From positions 1 through 64,000 of IMG/VR virus record IMGVR_UViG_3300042887_000814: a DNA stretch of 64,000 nucleotides, one strand, 5' to 3'. Positions 9,553 to 18,212 of this stretch are shown here, piece by piece; position 1 is the stretch's first letter; each line of letters begins with the position of its first letter. The position numbers and the translations under genes were made by a program. The notes under the pieces were generated by a model, which was not told the origin of the DNA, did no database searches, and saw only the letters and a list, made by a program, of their open reading frames with translations. Source of the DNA: an uncultured virus (IMG/VR IMGVR_UViG_3300042887_000814) (Duplodnaviria; Heunggongvirae; Uroviricota; Caudoviricetes).

Positions 9553-10092
9553 TCAGATTCTTGCTATGTCTAACAGATGGCGTATCTCTTCATCTACATT
9601 TGTATAAATCTTTTTGCGAGATAGTCCTGCGATATGACGCATCTCATTTAACTCTTCTTCTTTATTTTCTATCTTTTTATATTCTTCAGGATTTAATATC
9701 ATGATCTGTTTTAAAACATCAGTATCAGCGTCATAATCATCTTCTTTGAAACTCACAGTATAATCCTTGACTTGGATATCAGTCAAGGTTTCTAAATCTT
9801 CAAGCACTCTTATGATCTTTTCAGGGACGTTTGATCTACGTTTCATCTCAACGAACACCAGCCATTTGCCTGGTTCTATCTCACCATCACTCACACTTGA
9901 ATCAAGTATGAAATCATATCCTATCTCAAGCCATGCTACTAAATCTTTGGCTGCGAGTTTGCTATTAGTCTTGAATGTTAATGTGACTATATCACTATCT
10001 TCGCCCATTTTAGCGGCATACTCATCAATAGTGATCTTAGGGTCTAACTGCCCTTTCATGTCATGGTAATTTAAACCTTCGTTCAGTTTCAT
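9553..10092 (-). CDS. Hypothetical acidic phage protein
   Basis: 179 aa; MKLNE leader and ELNEMRHIAGL motif resembling the C-terminus of 28879-31215. Confidence 0.6.
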   Translation of the reverse strand: MKLNEGLNYHDMKGQLDPKITIDEYAAKMGEDSDIVTLTFKTNSKLAAKDLVAWLEIGYDFILDSSVSDGEIEPGKWLVFVEMKRRSNVPEKIIRVLEDLETLTDIQVKDYTVSFKEDDYDADTDVLKQIMILNPEEYKKIENKEEELNEMRHIAGLSRKKIYTNVDEEIRHLLDIARI

Positions 10093-10102
10093 ATGCGTTG
10101 CC

Positions 10103-10684
10103 TTATACAGTGGCTTGATCTACCTGAGCCTGATCTTGCGCAGTCCCTTCAGCATTACCACCTACACCTTGTTTATCTAAATCTTCAGAATATGCATCAT
10201 CAAGTTCATCGAGGTCAATAGTAGAACCTGCTAGGTCTACAGAACCTTCCTTGATATCGTCCATCAGATCATTGGGAATAGTGATCTTCACTAGCCAAAC
10301 TTCACGCTTGACTCCTTTTGGATAGTTAGTACCGGGTACTAGATCCTCATAGTCTTTTACTTCTACAGGGACATCGACCTTAGTCTTTTCCCATTTAACA
10401 TCACATCCTACAGCAAGCAGTCTTTTGACTGCTTTAGGATCTGGCATGAGTTTATAAGGCCACATGAATATGCAACTAGTATTATATCTACCTACATCTG
10501 GGCCTTGAACTAGTTCACCTAATTCCCAGTTTTTAAAAGCGTAAATGTCTAGTTCATCTATGACACGCTCAAAGTCCAATACCATGGATATTGCTCCGTC
10601 GCTGGTCATGATGCCTTTGACAGTGCTTACTATGCTGACGAAATCTACGTCATTAAACCAATTATCTGCAACTTTATGGGTCAT
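10103..10684 (-). CDS. Hypothetical phage protein
   Basis: 193-aa ORF; ATAAATA 4 nt upstream of ATG. Confidence 0.65.
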   Translation of the reverse strand: MTHKVADNWFNDVDFVSIVSTVKGIMTSDGAISMVLDFERVIDELDIYAFKNWELGELVQGPDVGRYNTSCIFMWPYKLMPDPKAVKRLLAVGCDVKWEKTKVDVPVEVKDYEDLVPGTNYPKGVKREVWLVKITIPNDLMDDIKEGSVDLAGSTIDLDELDDAYSEDLDKQGVGGNAEGTAQDQAQVDQATV

Positions 10685-10869
10685 AATGTATTTATCACTA
10701 AAGAAGTTATATAAGAATTCATTAATTCTGGGTACAGTGATATATTTATCAATAAATGCTGTTCAAACACATAGCAAATAATACACAGTCACATACCCGT
10801 AAATACACAAGAGATAGCAGATAATAGTTATCTCTATCTCTATAGATCGAACTTACAGGAGATTTACGC

Positions 10870-11628
10870 TTGAGCAAGAGAAAAACTGGGGCTTTAAGAA
10901 AAGAGCAAAACAGGCAAATGCAAAACTATCAAAAAAACTTCTATGTCGCAGAAACGATAGACTTCAGGGAAGAATATAAGCGACAACGTAAACAAATCGA
11001 ACTGCTACCGCAGTCAGTCAATCAAGAAAAATATATCCTATCACTAATCGACAGAGACTTAGACATCGTAGTTGTATCCGGTCCGGCTGGCACTGGAAAA
11101 ACATACTTGGCGATGCTAGCCGCGATCAAGTCCCTAAGAAACGGAGACTGCGATAAGATCATATTGACTAGACCTGCGGTGGCGGTCGATGACGAGAAGC
11201 ATGGTTTCTTGCCCGGAGACTTAAACAGCAAGATGGAACCCTGGGTACGTCCATTGCTAGATGTATTGAAAGAATACTATAGCATGAAAGAACTGATCCA
11301 CATGTTAAATGAGCAAATCATTGAGATAACTCCACTGGCATTCTGCCGTGGTCGAAACTTTAAGAACAGTTGGGTCATACTTGATGAAGCACAAAATGCT
11401 ACACCAAGTCAATTAAAAATGTTGATGACACGCATCTGTGAAGGAAGCAAAATAGTCATCACAGGCGACATCGAACAGACAGACAGACGAACCGCTGACA
11501 ACGGTTTACTTGATCTGACAAGTAAACTTCAACAGACTCCTGTTGCTGGTATCGGTGTGTGTGAGTTTGAAACAAGAGATATAAGGAGACATAAGATTAT
11601 AGAGCATATACTTAAACTCTACAACTAA
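10870..11628 (+). CDS. phoH: PhoH-family ATPase
   Basis: GPAGTGKT, IILTRP, GFLPGDL, RGRNF, ILDEAQN, ITGDIEQTD; TTG start with AGGAG RBS. Confidence 0.92.
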   Translation: MSKRKTGALRKEQNRQMQNYQKNFYVAETIDFREEYKRQRKQIELLPQSVNQEKYILSLIDRDLDIVVVSGPAGTGKTYLAMLAAIKSLRNGDCDKIILTRPAVAVDDEKHGFLPGDLNSKMEPWVRPLLDVLKEYYSMKELIHMLNEQIIEITPLAFCRGRNFKNSWVILDEAQNATPSQLKMLMTRICEGSKIVITGDIEQTDRRTADNGLLDLTSKLQQTPVAGIGVCEFETRDIRRHKIIEHILKLYN

Positions 11629-11632
11629 AAAA

Positions 11633-11657
11633 AAACGGGGAATTTATTTCCCCGTTT
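11633..11657. terminator. Intrinsic terminator between convergent genes
   Basis: AAACGGGGAA-TTTAT-TTCCCCGTTT; long T-run on minus strand. Confidence 0.7.
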
Positions 11658-11922
11658 CTCTTCTTTTTGCTAATTCAGGCCCTTCTTTTTCAAGTTGGCT
11701 TATTGCTTGAGGATATACCTTCTTATAATATTCATGCAGTTGATCGAAGGTCCTATCTAATCTATTTCCTTCTACTACACATTTTTCTACTTTACGCAAT
11801 CCATAATCTAATATGATATTGCTAGTAGATGCATCACTGGTACGCACACGCTTGACGAACCTTGCTTGTTCATCAATCTGTCCACCTGGTTTACGATAAA
11901 AACTAATCAATAGATAACGCAT
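11644..11922 (-). CDS. Hypothetical protein
   Basis: 92 aa from ATG 11922 (MRYLLISFYRKPGGQIDE), just after upstream stop. Confidence 0.6.
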   Translation of the reverse strand: MRYLLISFYRKPGGQIDEQARFVKRVRTSDASTSNIILDYGLRKVEKCVVEGNRLDRTFDQLHEYYKKVYPQAISQLEKEGPELAKRRETGK

Positions 11923-11923
11923 G

Positions 11924-12304
11924 TTACTGCTTATCAAAAGTCAAATCGATAGTGCCGCCTTGCTCAAATTGATTCCAAGCAAGTAATTCTTTACCACCAT
12001 TAGTAGTCTGTACAAAGATATTATAATCAGCATTTGCAGTCATCTTGATAGTTTGTGCATTTGGATCCATCCAACCACGATCTACCCATACGCCGGCAGT
12101 AGGTCCAAAACTACATGATCCTTGCATGAACCAAACGTTTGGTTGCTGCCAGAACTTTAATGCATTAGTGTTGTTAGGATCACTGGTAGTATTTGACCAA
12201 CTCTGTCCAGGACTGATTGTAGTCAAATCTCCTGTGGTATTGTGTGTTACCGTGATATTATAATCAGTATTATTGTGAATAGTTAATGTTGCTTGCCAAC
12301 TCAT
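11924..12304 (-). CDS. Hypothetical Trp/Asn/Thr-rich beta-sandwich protein
   Basis: 126 aa; strong GAGGAG RBS and own GTAAATA late promoter. Confidence 0.65.
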   Translation of the reverse strand: MSWQATLTIHNNTDYNITVTHNTTGDLTTISPGQSWSNTTSDPNNTNALKFWQQPNVWFMQGSCSFGPTAGVWVDRGWMDPNAQTIKMTANADYNIFVQTTNGGKELLAWNQFEQGGTIDLTFDKQ

Positions 12305-12332
12305 GTGAATCTCCTCTGCTCTATTTACTAGA

Positions 12333-13256
12333 TCAAGAAGTCAATTCAATTAATGTTGCAGCCAAACTGATCTCGGGGATACCAACAAGCGGCAAGTTCG
12401 CAAGACCATTACGAATATGAATGATTGCAGTATCACGCGCCGGATTAGTTTTGCCCCACAAGTCAAGATTGTCATACATCCATTTATAGATGTCTTCAAT
12501 TCTTGTAGGATACAGACCTATGTATTCCATCAATGTCTGACGACCTTCTTGCACCTTACCATCTTTGAACAACGCTACTGCTTTGAGTAGCAATTCGTCT
12601 TCGTTGGTTGCCTCATTGCTAGGACGTGTCAGGCTACCTGTTATGCTATTAGCCTGTAACTGATTCAAACATTTACGTAGATCGGGATAAGTTGCACGAA
12701 TATATAGATCCAACACTTCAAGGTCGAATTCAACGTTCTCAGTAACTAACACCGTCGCGGCTCTTGCTGTGAATTCAGTCATATCGGTCTTAGCGATATG
12801 AAACTCATGGCAACGACTCTTTAGTGCAGGAATGATCTTGTGTCTATAGTTACAAGTCAGGATATAGCGCACAGTCATGTGATACGCTTCCATATCATTT
12901 CTCAAGGCGGCTTGCGCCGGGGGTGTGAGATAGTCCGCTTCGTCTAACAGCACTACCTTGAACTTGCCAAAAGGCATAGTCTGCACAAAACTGTTGATCT
13001 TCTCACGTAGCATATCGATACCATTCTCACGGCTTGCGTTTATCTCAAGCACATCAAAATCTTCGACACCCAGTTCGTTGATCAATACTTTAGCAAGAGT
13101 GGTCTTGCCTGTACCTGGCTCACCACTCAATAGCAAATGCGGGATGCTTTCTTCTTTGATCCAATGTTTTACTGTTTGTTTCTGTTGTTCATCAACAAAA
13201 ACATATTCTTCGACCTTGCTAGGTCTATATTTTTCTACCCAGAGATTATTTTTCAT
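12333..13256 (-). CDS. Clamp loader AAA+ subunit (T4 gp44/RFC small-like)
   Basis: LWVEKYRP, GEPGTGKT, LEINAS, VLLDEAD, ALKSRC. Confidence 0.92.
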   Translation of the reverse strand: MKNNLWVEKYRPSKVEEYVFVDEQQKQTVKHWIKEESIPHLLLSGEPGTGKTTLAKVLINELGVEDFDVLEINASRENGIDMLREKINSFVQTMPFGKFKVVLLDEADYLTPPAQAALRNDMEAYHMTVRYILTCNYRHKIIPALKSRCHEFHIAKTDMTEFTARAATVLVTENVEFDLEVLDLYIRATYPDLRKCLNQLQANSITGSLTRPSNEATNEDELLLKAVALFKDGKVQEGRQTLMEYIGLYPTRIEDIYKWMYDNLDLWGKTNPARDTAIIHIRNGLANLPLVGIPEISLAATLIELTS

Positions 13257-13936
13257 TCTTTCCTATCACCAAAAAGTTGCAGTAACGATAAGAATATATT
13301 AATAAAATTCAAGTACAATGTCAATGCACCTTGGACTTCCTCGACATGATCACTAGTACTACGGGTAACAATCTCACGAATCTGCTGTGTATCGTATGCT
13401 GTCAACCCAAGAAAAATAATAATGGCCAAAGCACTAATAACCATAGCAAATAAACTACTACCGATAAAGATATTAACAATACTGGCAATAATAATGGCAA
13501 TGAGGCCCACAAACATAAACCTACCAACACTATCAAGATTGTTTTTAGTAAAGTACCCATAAAAACTCATTACTCCGAATAAAATGGCTGCTCCCATAAA
13601 TGCACTAACTATACTGCCCATCTGAAATACAGCAAAGATAGTTGCGAAACTCAGTCCCATCAATGCCGCGAATCCATGTAGAAGCAATAGGGCAATGTTT
13701 CTATCTGGTCTAGCGTTCAATGCTAACGTTACACCAAAAACTGCCGCTAATGGAGCAAAGATCACGATCCACTTAGTGAATCCTGTGAAAAAGAATTGTA
13801 GTAGTTCCGGGCTAGTGCCTACAAGATAACTTACGATCATCGATGTGATGACTGCTAGGCTCATGTTTTGATAAACTTTGGCCATAGCAAGATTGATTTC
13901 ACTTGCTGATTTATATGGATGTGAGATTGTGTACAT
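13253..13936 (-). CDS. Bax inhibitor-1/YccA family membrane protein
   Basis: About 7 hydrophobic segments; GLTAYDTQQI and ALTLYLNFINIFLSLLQLFG signature. Confidence 0.88.
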   Translation of the reverse strand: MYTISHPYKSASEINLAMAKVYQNMSLAVITSMIVSYLVGTSPELLQFFFTGFTKWIVIFAPLAAVFGVTLALNARPDRNIALLLLHGFAALMGLSFATIFAVFQMGSIVSAFMGAAILFGVMSFYGYFTKNNLDSVGRFMFVGLIAIIIASIVNIFIGSSLFAMVISALAIIIFLGLTAYDTQQIREIVTRSTSDHVEEVQGALTLYLNFINIFLSLLQLFGDRKE

Positions 13937-13939
13937 GAT

Positions 13940-14293
13940 TTACTCCTTATCACTCATTGTATAATCGTCTACTGGCTCATCACTTACCAGTAAGACATCG
14001 TTTGGATCGACTTTGCGGATTATTTGTTCTCCGTCATTGTCTTCGATTTTGATGCCCCTAGTCCATCTACCATGGGCTATCATGATATACTGCCCTACCT
14101 TTACATCTTTCTGCTCAGGACCCACTGCATACACCTTACCCCAACGAGGTCTGATACCGGCGCTCTTTGTGTCATCGTTGCGGAGTACAATACCTCCTGC
14201 ACTGATTCGCTCACCGAAATACATTTCTGATACTATGATAGTATCGTTCAGTGGAACTAACTTAGAGACCTTATAAGGGTTGATGTTTGCCAT
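13940..14293 (-). CDS. groES: GroES-like co-chaperonin
   Basis: LVPLNDTIIV, AGGIVL, GKVYAVGP, VKVGQ motifs. Confidence 0.82.
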   Translation of the reverse strand: MANINPYKVSKLVPLNDTIIVSEMYFGERISAGGIVLRNDDTKSAGIRPRWGKVYAVGPEQKDVKVGQYIMIAHGRWTRGIKIEDNDGEQIIRKVDPNDVLLVSDEPVDDYTMSDKE

Positions 14294-14295
14294 TG

Positions 14296-14619
14296 TTACT
14301 TACTCTCCTGTGCTTTGATGTTTTCTACTTCAATATCATCGTCTAATGATGTTTCTAAATCCAACTCATCTTTAGTGAGTTGTTGCTTAGGTTGCTGTGT
14401 CTTAGTAGTCTTGACCGGTTGTGCTGATTTATTGCCAACTGTCTTTTGGTATTTTTCCCCGACTTTCTGTGTTACAGGAACAACTACTTTACCGCTGCCG
14501 TCAATAGTGTCACCTCGGGCATTCACTTTCATGTTACCTACGGCGCGCACTCGCTCATTTTTGGCTGCTAATGCTGCCATATCAATAATTTTACCCTGTG
14601 CTGTTCTATGCTGTTTCAT
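14296..14619 (-). CDS. Hypothetical phage protein
   Basis: 107 aa; RAVGNMKVNARGD motif; GAGG RBS. Confidence 0.65.
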   Translation of the reverse strand: MKQHRTAQGKIIDMAALAAKNERVRAVGNMKVNARGDTIDGSGKVVVPVTQKVGEKYQKTVGNKSAQPVKTTKTQQPKQQLTKDELDLETSLDDDIEVENIKAQESK

Positions 14620-14628
14620 GATTTACCC

Positions 14629-15135
14629 TCATTTTAAAAATTCTTCGATATCAAGATCGTAGTACAGACTATTTATTTTGTGGATTCCTATCAAATACAA
14701 AACAAAACTAGACACACTGGATCCACGACCCACTCCCCAAACTACATTGTTTTCGCGCATAGTGTCTACTAGATATTTAAGGTATCGTAATAGATCAAAC
14801 ATGTCACGCTCTTGGAACAATAATAGTTCCATACCTGCGCGTTGCAGTTCTTCATCATTACTGCATTGTTCCAATATAAACTGTGCTATGTCTAGTTGTT
14901 TATATTGTTCCGGCATGTGCCAATTGTTTTGATTTTTTGTATCGAACTCTACGACCGAGACCTTAGGATCAACATAATGTATAAATTGTGGTACTTCTAC
15001 TAAATCTAAAACTTCAGGAAACAGTACTTCCGATTCCAATAAAACTCTATATAACTTTTTTTCGGGATCTTTCAGGTAAAGGTCGCAGAGATCATTCTCA
15101 TCGTATATCAATTGACCATAGACATCTTTGCGCAT
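14629..15135 (-). CDS. DNA polymerase III alpha (DnaE)-like fragment, probable subunit of a split C-family polymerase
   Basis: YLKYLVDTMRENNVVWGVGRGSSVSSFVLYLIGIHKINSLYYDLDIEEFL matches the DnaE GxGRGS region; start reassigned to ATG 15135 by promoter spacing. Confidence 0.8.
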   Translation of the reverse strand: MRKDVYGQLIYDENDLCDLYLKDPEKKLYRVLLESEVLFPEVLDLVEVPQFIHYVDPKVSVVEFDTKNQNNWHMPEQYKQLDIAQFILEQCSNDEELQRAGMELLLFQERDMFDLLRYLKYLVDTMRENNVVWGVGRGSSVSSFVLYLIGIHKINSLYYDLDIEEFLK

Positions 15136-15141
15136 CTTATA

Positions 15142-15170
15142 ATGATACGCTATTTTCCCGTCCAAGTCAA
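15142..15170 (-). promoter_or_regulatory. sigma70-type promoter
   Basis: TTGACT-N17-TATCAT, 6 nt before ATG 15135. Confidence 0.65.
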
Positions 15171-15695
15171 CTCTAACTCTGCCCAATCATCAGATTTATG
15201 GTCAAATAAATTAACGATCTTATCCTTTTTGTTTTTTTGTATTTGCACACACATAGTGGGTGTATTCCACCAGTGATTACCGCTAAATTCTGCTTCTGCG
15301 GTTTCATTTGATAATTCAAACTTGATGAGATTGCTTAGTTTGCTACCAAAAACGATATCAGTCATAATGATTCTCTCTTCCATGATAGCGTTGCATTTAT
15401 TCATCAATATCAAACCTACGATTTGATCGTATGGTTCTTCAGGTACGAGGCAAACCTTCATACCCGCTTTGTTATATTTGTCTATAGCATCTTTCTCTTT
15501 GTCACAGACGAATATACAATCTTCAATAACACTACCTATAAAATGAGTTATTCTTTCTACTGCTATATTTTGATCGTTAGCGTCTAATGTATTAATAGTC
15601 ATTATAGCAGTCATCTCATATAAGTTTACCATATACTTGTCGCCGAAATGCACAGCAGTCATAAACGTAAACTCTTTTTGTATCTTACTTGACAT
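15150..15695 (-). CDS. Hypothetical phage protein
   Basis: 181-aa ORF with PEEPYDQ motif. Confidence 0.65.
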   Translation of the reverse strand: MSSKIQKEFTFMTAVHFGDKYMVNLYEMTAIMTINTLDANDQNIAVERITHFIGSVIEDCIFVCDKEKDAIDKYNKAGMKVCLVPEEPYDQIVGLILMNKCNAIMEERIIMTDIVFGSKLSNLIKFELSNETAEAEFSGNHWWNTPTMCVQIQKNKKDKIVNLFDHKSDDWAELELTWTGK

Positions 15696-15696
15696 A

Positions 15697-15930
15697 TCAA
15701 CCTTCTTTAGTGATTCTCACTTGACCTTCGATATTTTGTTTCTTGATCATTTCATTGATCTTCTTTTGATACTCAGATCGATAACTTTCAATTACCATCT
15801 TTATCTGATGTATCAATGGACCATTACCGGTTCTGTATGCGAAGGTTAACTTTTGGTGCAAACTAGAAATCGTGTCTTGCAACTGTTCTATTGTTTTATC
15901 TGAGAGATCGTTAATGAATGGGTGTTCCAT
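15697..15930 (-). CDS. Small helical hypothetical protein
   Basis: 77-aa ORF (MEHPFINDLSDKT...). Confidence 0.6.
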   Translation of the reverse strand: MEHPFINDLSDKTIEQLQDTISSLHQKLTFAYRTGNGPLIHQIKMVIESYRSEYQKKINEMIKKQNIEGQVRITKEG

Positions 15931-15933
15931 ACA

Positions 15934-18171
15934 TTATAATATATACCATTGGCCCGTCGCACCGCCCACTGCGCAATACAATTCTATGTTAGTATTGATT
16001 GGTAATGAGTATGCTGTGTTGACTGCCAATAAGTCTATCCTTGCTCCAGTGTTAGGATATACCTTTAGTGCGTTGGTAGCATTGATATTTCTTACGATGA
16101 TTCTTAAACCTGCCTGAGCGGCTGGTAATTTAACACCGCTACCGCTAGTAACGGTTTGTACGATATTGATGGATGCTAGTAGATTGGCAGCATCAGCCTG
16201 TGTGCTACCTGTCGCTACGATACCTGTAGTGACTCCTGATACGTAGAAGCCGTTTGCCAATATATTAGCATTTGAGAATATATTACCGGTGACTGCTACT
16301 TGCCCTGATACCTCTATGTTGCCGAATATTGAATTTCCGTTAGCAATAACATCTACACAATTAACTGCACCTGCTATATTAGCAGTGCCTGCTATGACGT
16401 TACCGAAGATACCTGCATTTGCTGAACTGACTAGGCTCAGTGCATATATCGCATTTGCGATTACATTGCCGTTAGAAACAATCTGTGTGCCTGAAGTTAA
16501 ATTACCTACTAATGTATTGCCGCCTATGTTGACATTACCTAATAGGTTTGCAGTTCCTGTGACTGATAGGTTTGCTGTAGCATTAATATTACTACCTTGT
16601 AATGTACCACCGGATACTATGTTACCGGGAACAGACAGAACATTAGTAACATTATTATATGTGAAGCCTGCTGCCGCACCGAAAGTGCCTGCATTGTTAA
16701 ATTGTACTTGCGTATTAGAACCAGCAACCAACCCGCTACCAGATCCGCCACCAGCAGACCATGCTAGATTACCGGTGCCATCTGTGACCAAGAAATAACC
16801 ATTCACTCCACCACCGATACGTATATCAGCAATATTAGGAATGACCGCGCTAGTCGTAGTCTCTGTACCAGGTATCAACGGTATCTGTCTGAATATGTTC
16901 TTACCTTCATAAACCGTAAAGTCTAATGGATAAGAAGAATCAGGAATGTGAGTCAATACACCTTCATATGTTGGACCAGCAATGCCATTATCTATAGTTT
17001 TGCTGATAGTAATACTAGTGCCAGATACTGACTTTACATAATATACTTCGCCGGCTGTGACATTAGCATTGGCTGTACCGGCGCCAGTGAATATGATAGG
17101 ATAATTGACTGCTATGTGAGTCATACCCGAAGCAGGATCGACACCGATAACGTTAGGGCTTGTTGTTGATATAACGTTCTTGTCAAAACTATTTCCTGAA
17201 TAATTATCCACAGCAACAAACATGTAACTTACAGGATTTAATGTAAAGTTTCCTGTGCCGCCTACAAGATTTATATTACTTGCAGCCTGAAAATCAGATG
17301 AGATTTTGAAATGAGTAGCGTTCGCGACATTGCTTACGTAATAAGTAGCACCAGACACAATGTTTGGTTCAAAACTATTACCTGTGAAGACTACAGGTAT
17401 GCCGGGATATAGTGCAGTTGTACTAGTGGTTACTAAGTAATCAGTCGCAGTAGATGTAGTGATATCTAATGTAGACGCTGTTAAGTCACTGACACAGACA
17501 GTGCCTATAACATCACCTAACTGACCAGTTGTTGGCGGAGTTCTTTTCTGAACTTGTGCAGTCTGCATAGGTCTATTGATAGGCTGAACATATAATGTAT
17601 TGCCGCAATCTACGCTTGATACTAATAGATTTAATTGTGTCACATCATAAGGAAAACTCAATGTGACAGCGCCATTTGGATTTGAACTGTTCTCGGTCAA
17701 TGTCCAACCATAGTTATTTTCAAAGACTGCTTCTGCTGGGAACGTGATAGAGAAGTCTGCTTGAGCATTAGGACGTCCTATCTGTAGTGTGACGTTGCTT
17801 TGTGTTTGTGTAGGAGCCCAATTACCGAATTGTAGTAAAACGTTTCCTGATAGATTTCCATACTGCACATCGCCCAGTGACAAGTCCACAGTCACTAAAT
17901 TAGTGAGGGCATTACCTAAATTATACGTAGTAGAGCGAAAACCTAAAACGCTAGCATTAGATATGAGTGCATTAGCCATGTCATTGTTTAATGAAGTATT
18001 GGCTAATGGTGCTTTTAATACAGCATTGTTTTGAAGATCAGTGATCTCAGACCCAGCAATACCTAAGTTGTTTTTGATGGTGGCGAAGTTATTACGGAAT
18101 CCCTGGGTGCTATTATTCTGTCCAGGAATTGGGTAATTTGCATCGATGCTGTTTGTATTAATCGTACTCAT
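15934..18171 (-). CDS. Modular virion structural/fibre protein
   Basis: N-terminal YPIPGQNNSTQGFRNNF anchor; beta modules, Asn/Gly-rich repeats; C-terminal module shared with 21111 and 25977 genes. Confidence 0.7.
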   Translation of the reverse strand: MSTINTNSIDANYPIPGQNNSTQGFRNNFATIKNNLGIAGSEITDLQNNAVLKAPLANTSLNNDMANALISNASVLGFRSTTYNLGNALTNLVTVDLSLGDVQYGNLSGNVLLQFGNWAPTQTQSNVTLQIGRPNAQADFSITFPAEAVFENNYGWTLTENSSNPNGAVTLSFPYDVTQLNLLVSSVDCGNTLYVQPINRPMQTAQVQKRTPPTTGQLGDVIGTVCVSDLTASTLDITTSTATDYLVTTSTTALYPGIPVVFTGNSFEPNIVSGATYYVSNVANATHFKISSDFQAASNINLVGGTGNFTLNPVSYMFVAVDNYSGNSFDKNVISTTSPNVIGVDPASGMTHIAVNYPIIFTGAGTANANVTAGEVYYVKSVSGTSITISKTIDNGIAGPTYEGVLTHIPDSSYPLDFTVYEGKNIFRQIPLIPGTETTTSAVIPNIADIRIGGGVNGYFLVTDGTGNLAWSAGGGSGSGLVAGSNTQVQFNNAGTFGAAAGFTYNNVTNVLSVPGNIVSGGTLQGSNINATANLSVTGTANLLGNVNIGGNTLVGNLTSGTQIVSNGNVIANAIYALSLVSSANAGIFGNVIAGTANIAGAVNCVDVIANGNSIFGNIEVSGQVAVTGNIFSNANILANGFYVSGVTTGIVATGSTQADAANLLASINIVQTVTSGSGVKLPAAQAGLRIIVRNINATNALKVYPNTGARIDLLAVNTAYSLPINTNIELYCAVGGATGQWYIL

Positions 18172-18212
18172 ATCGTTTCGTTATCCTATTGTATTTATGT
18201 ATCCTCAAAACC

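Noticed and set aside
14296..14640. Frameshift, intron or intein continuing the DnaE fragment
   Set aside because: The next gene starts within about 10 nt with its own RBS and has no DxD polymerase or intein motif
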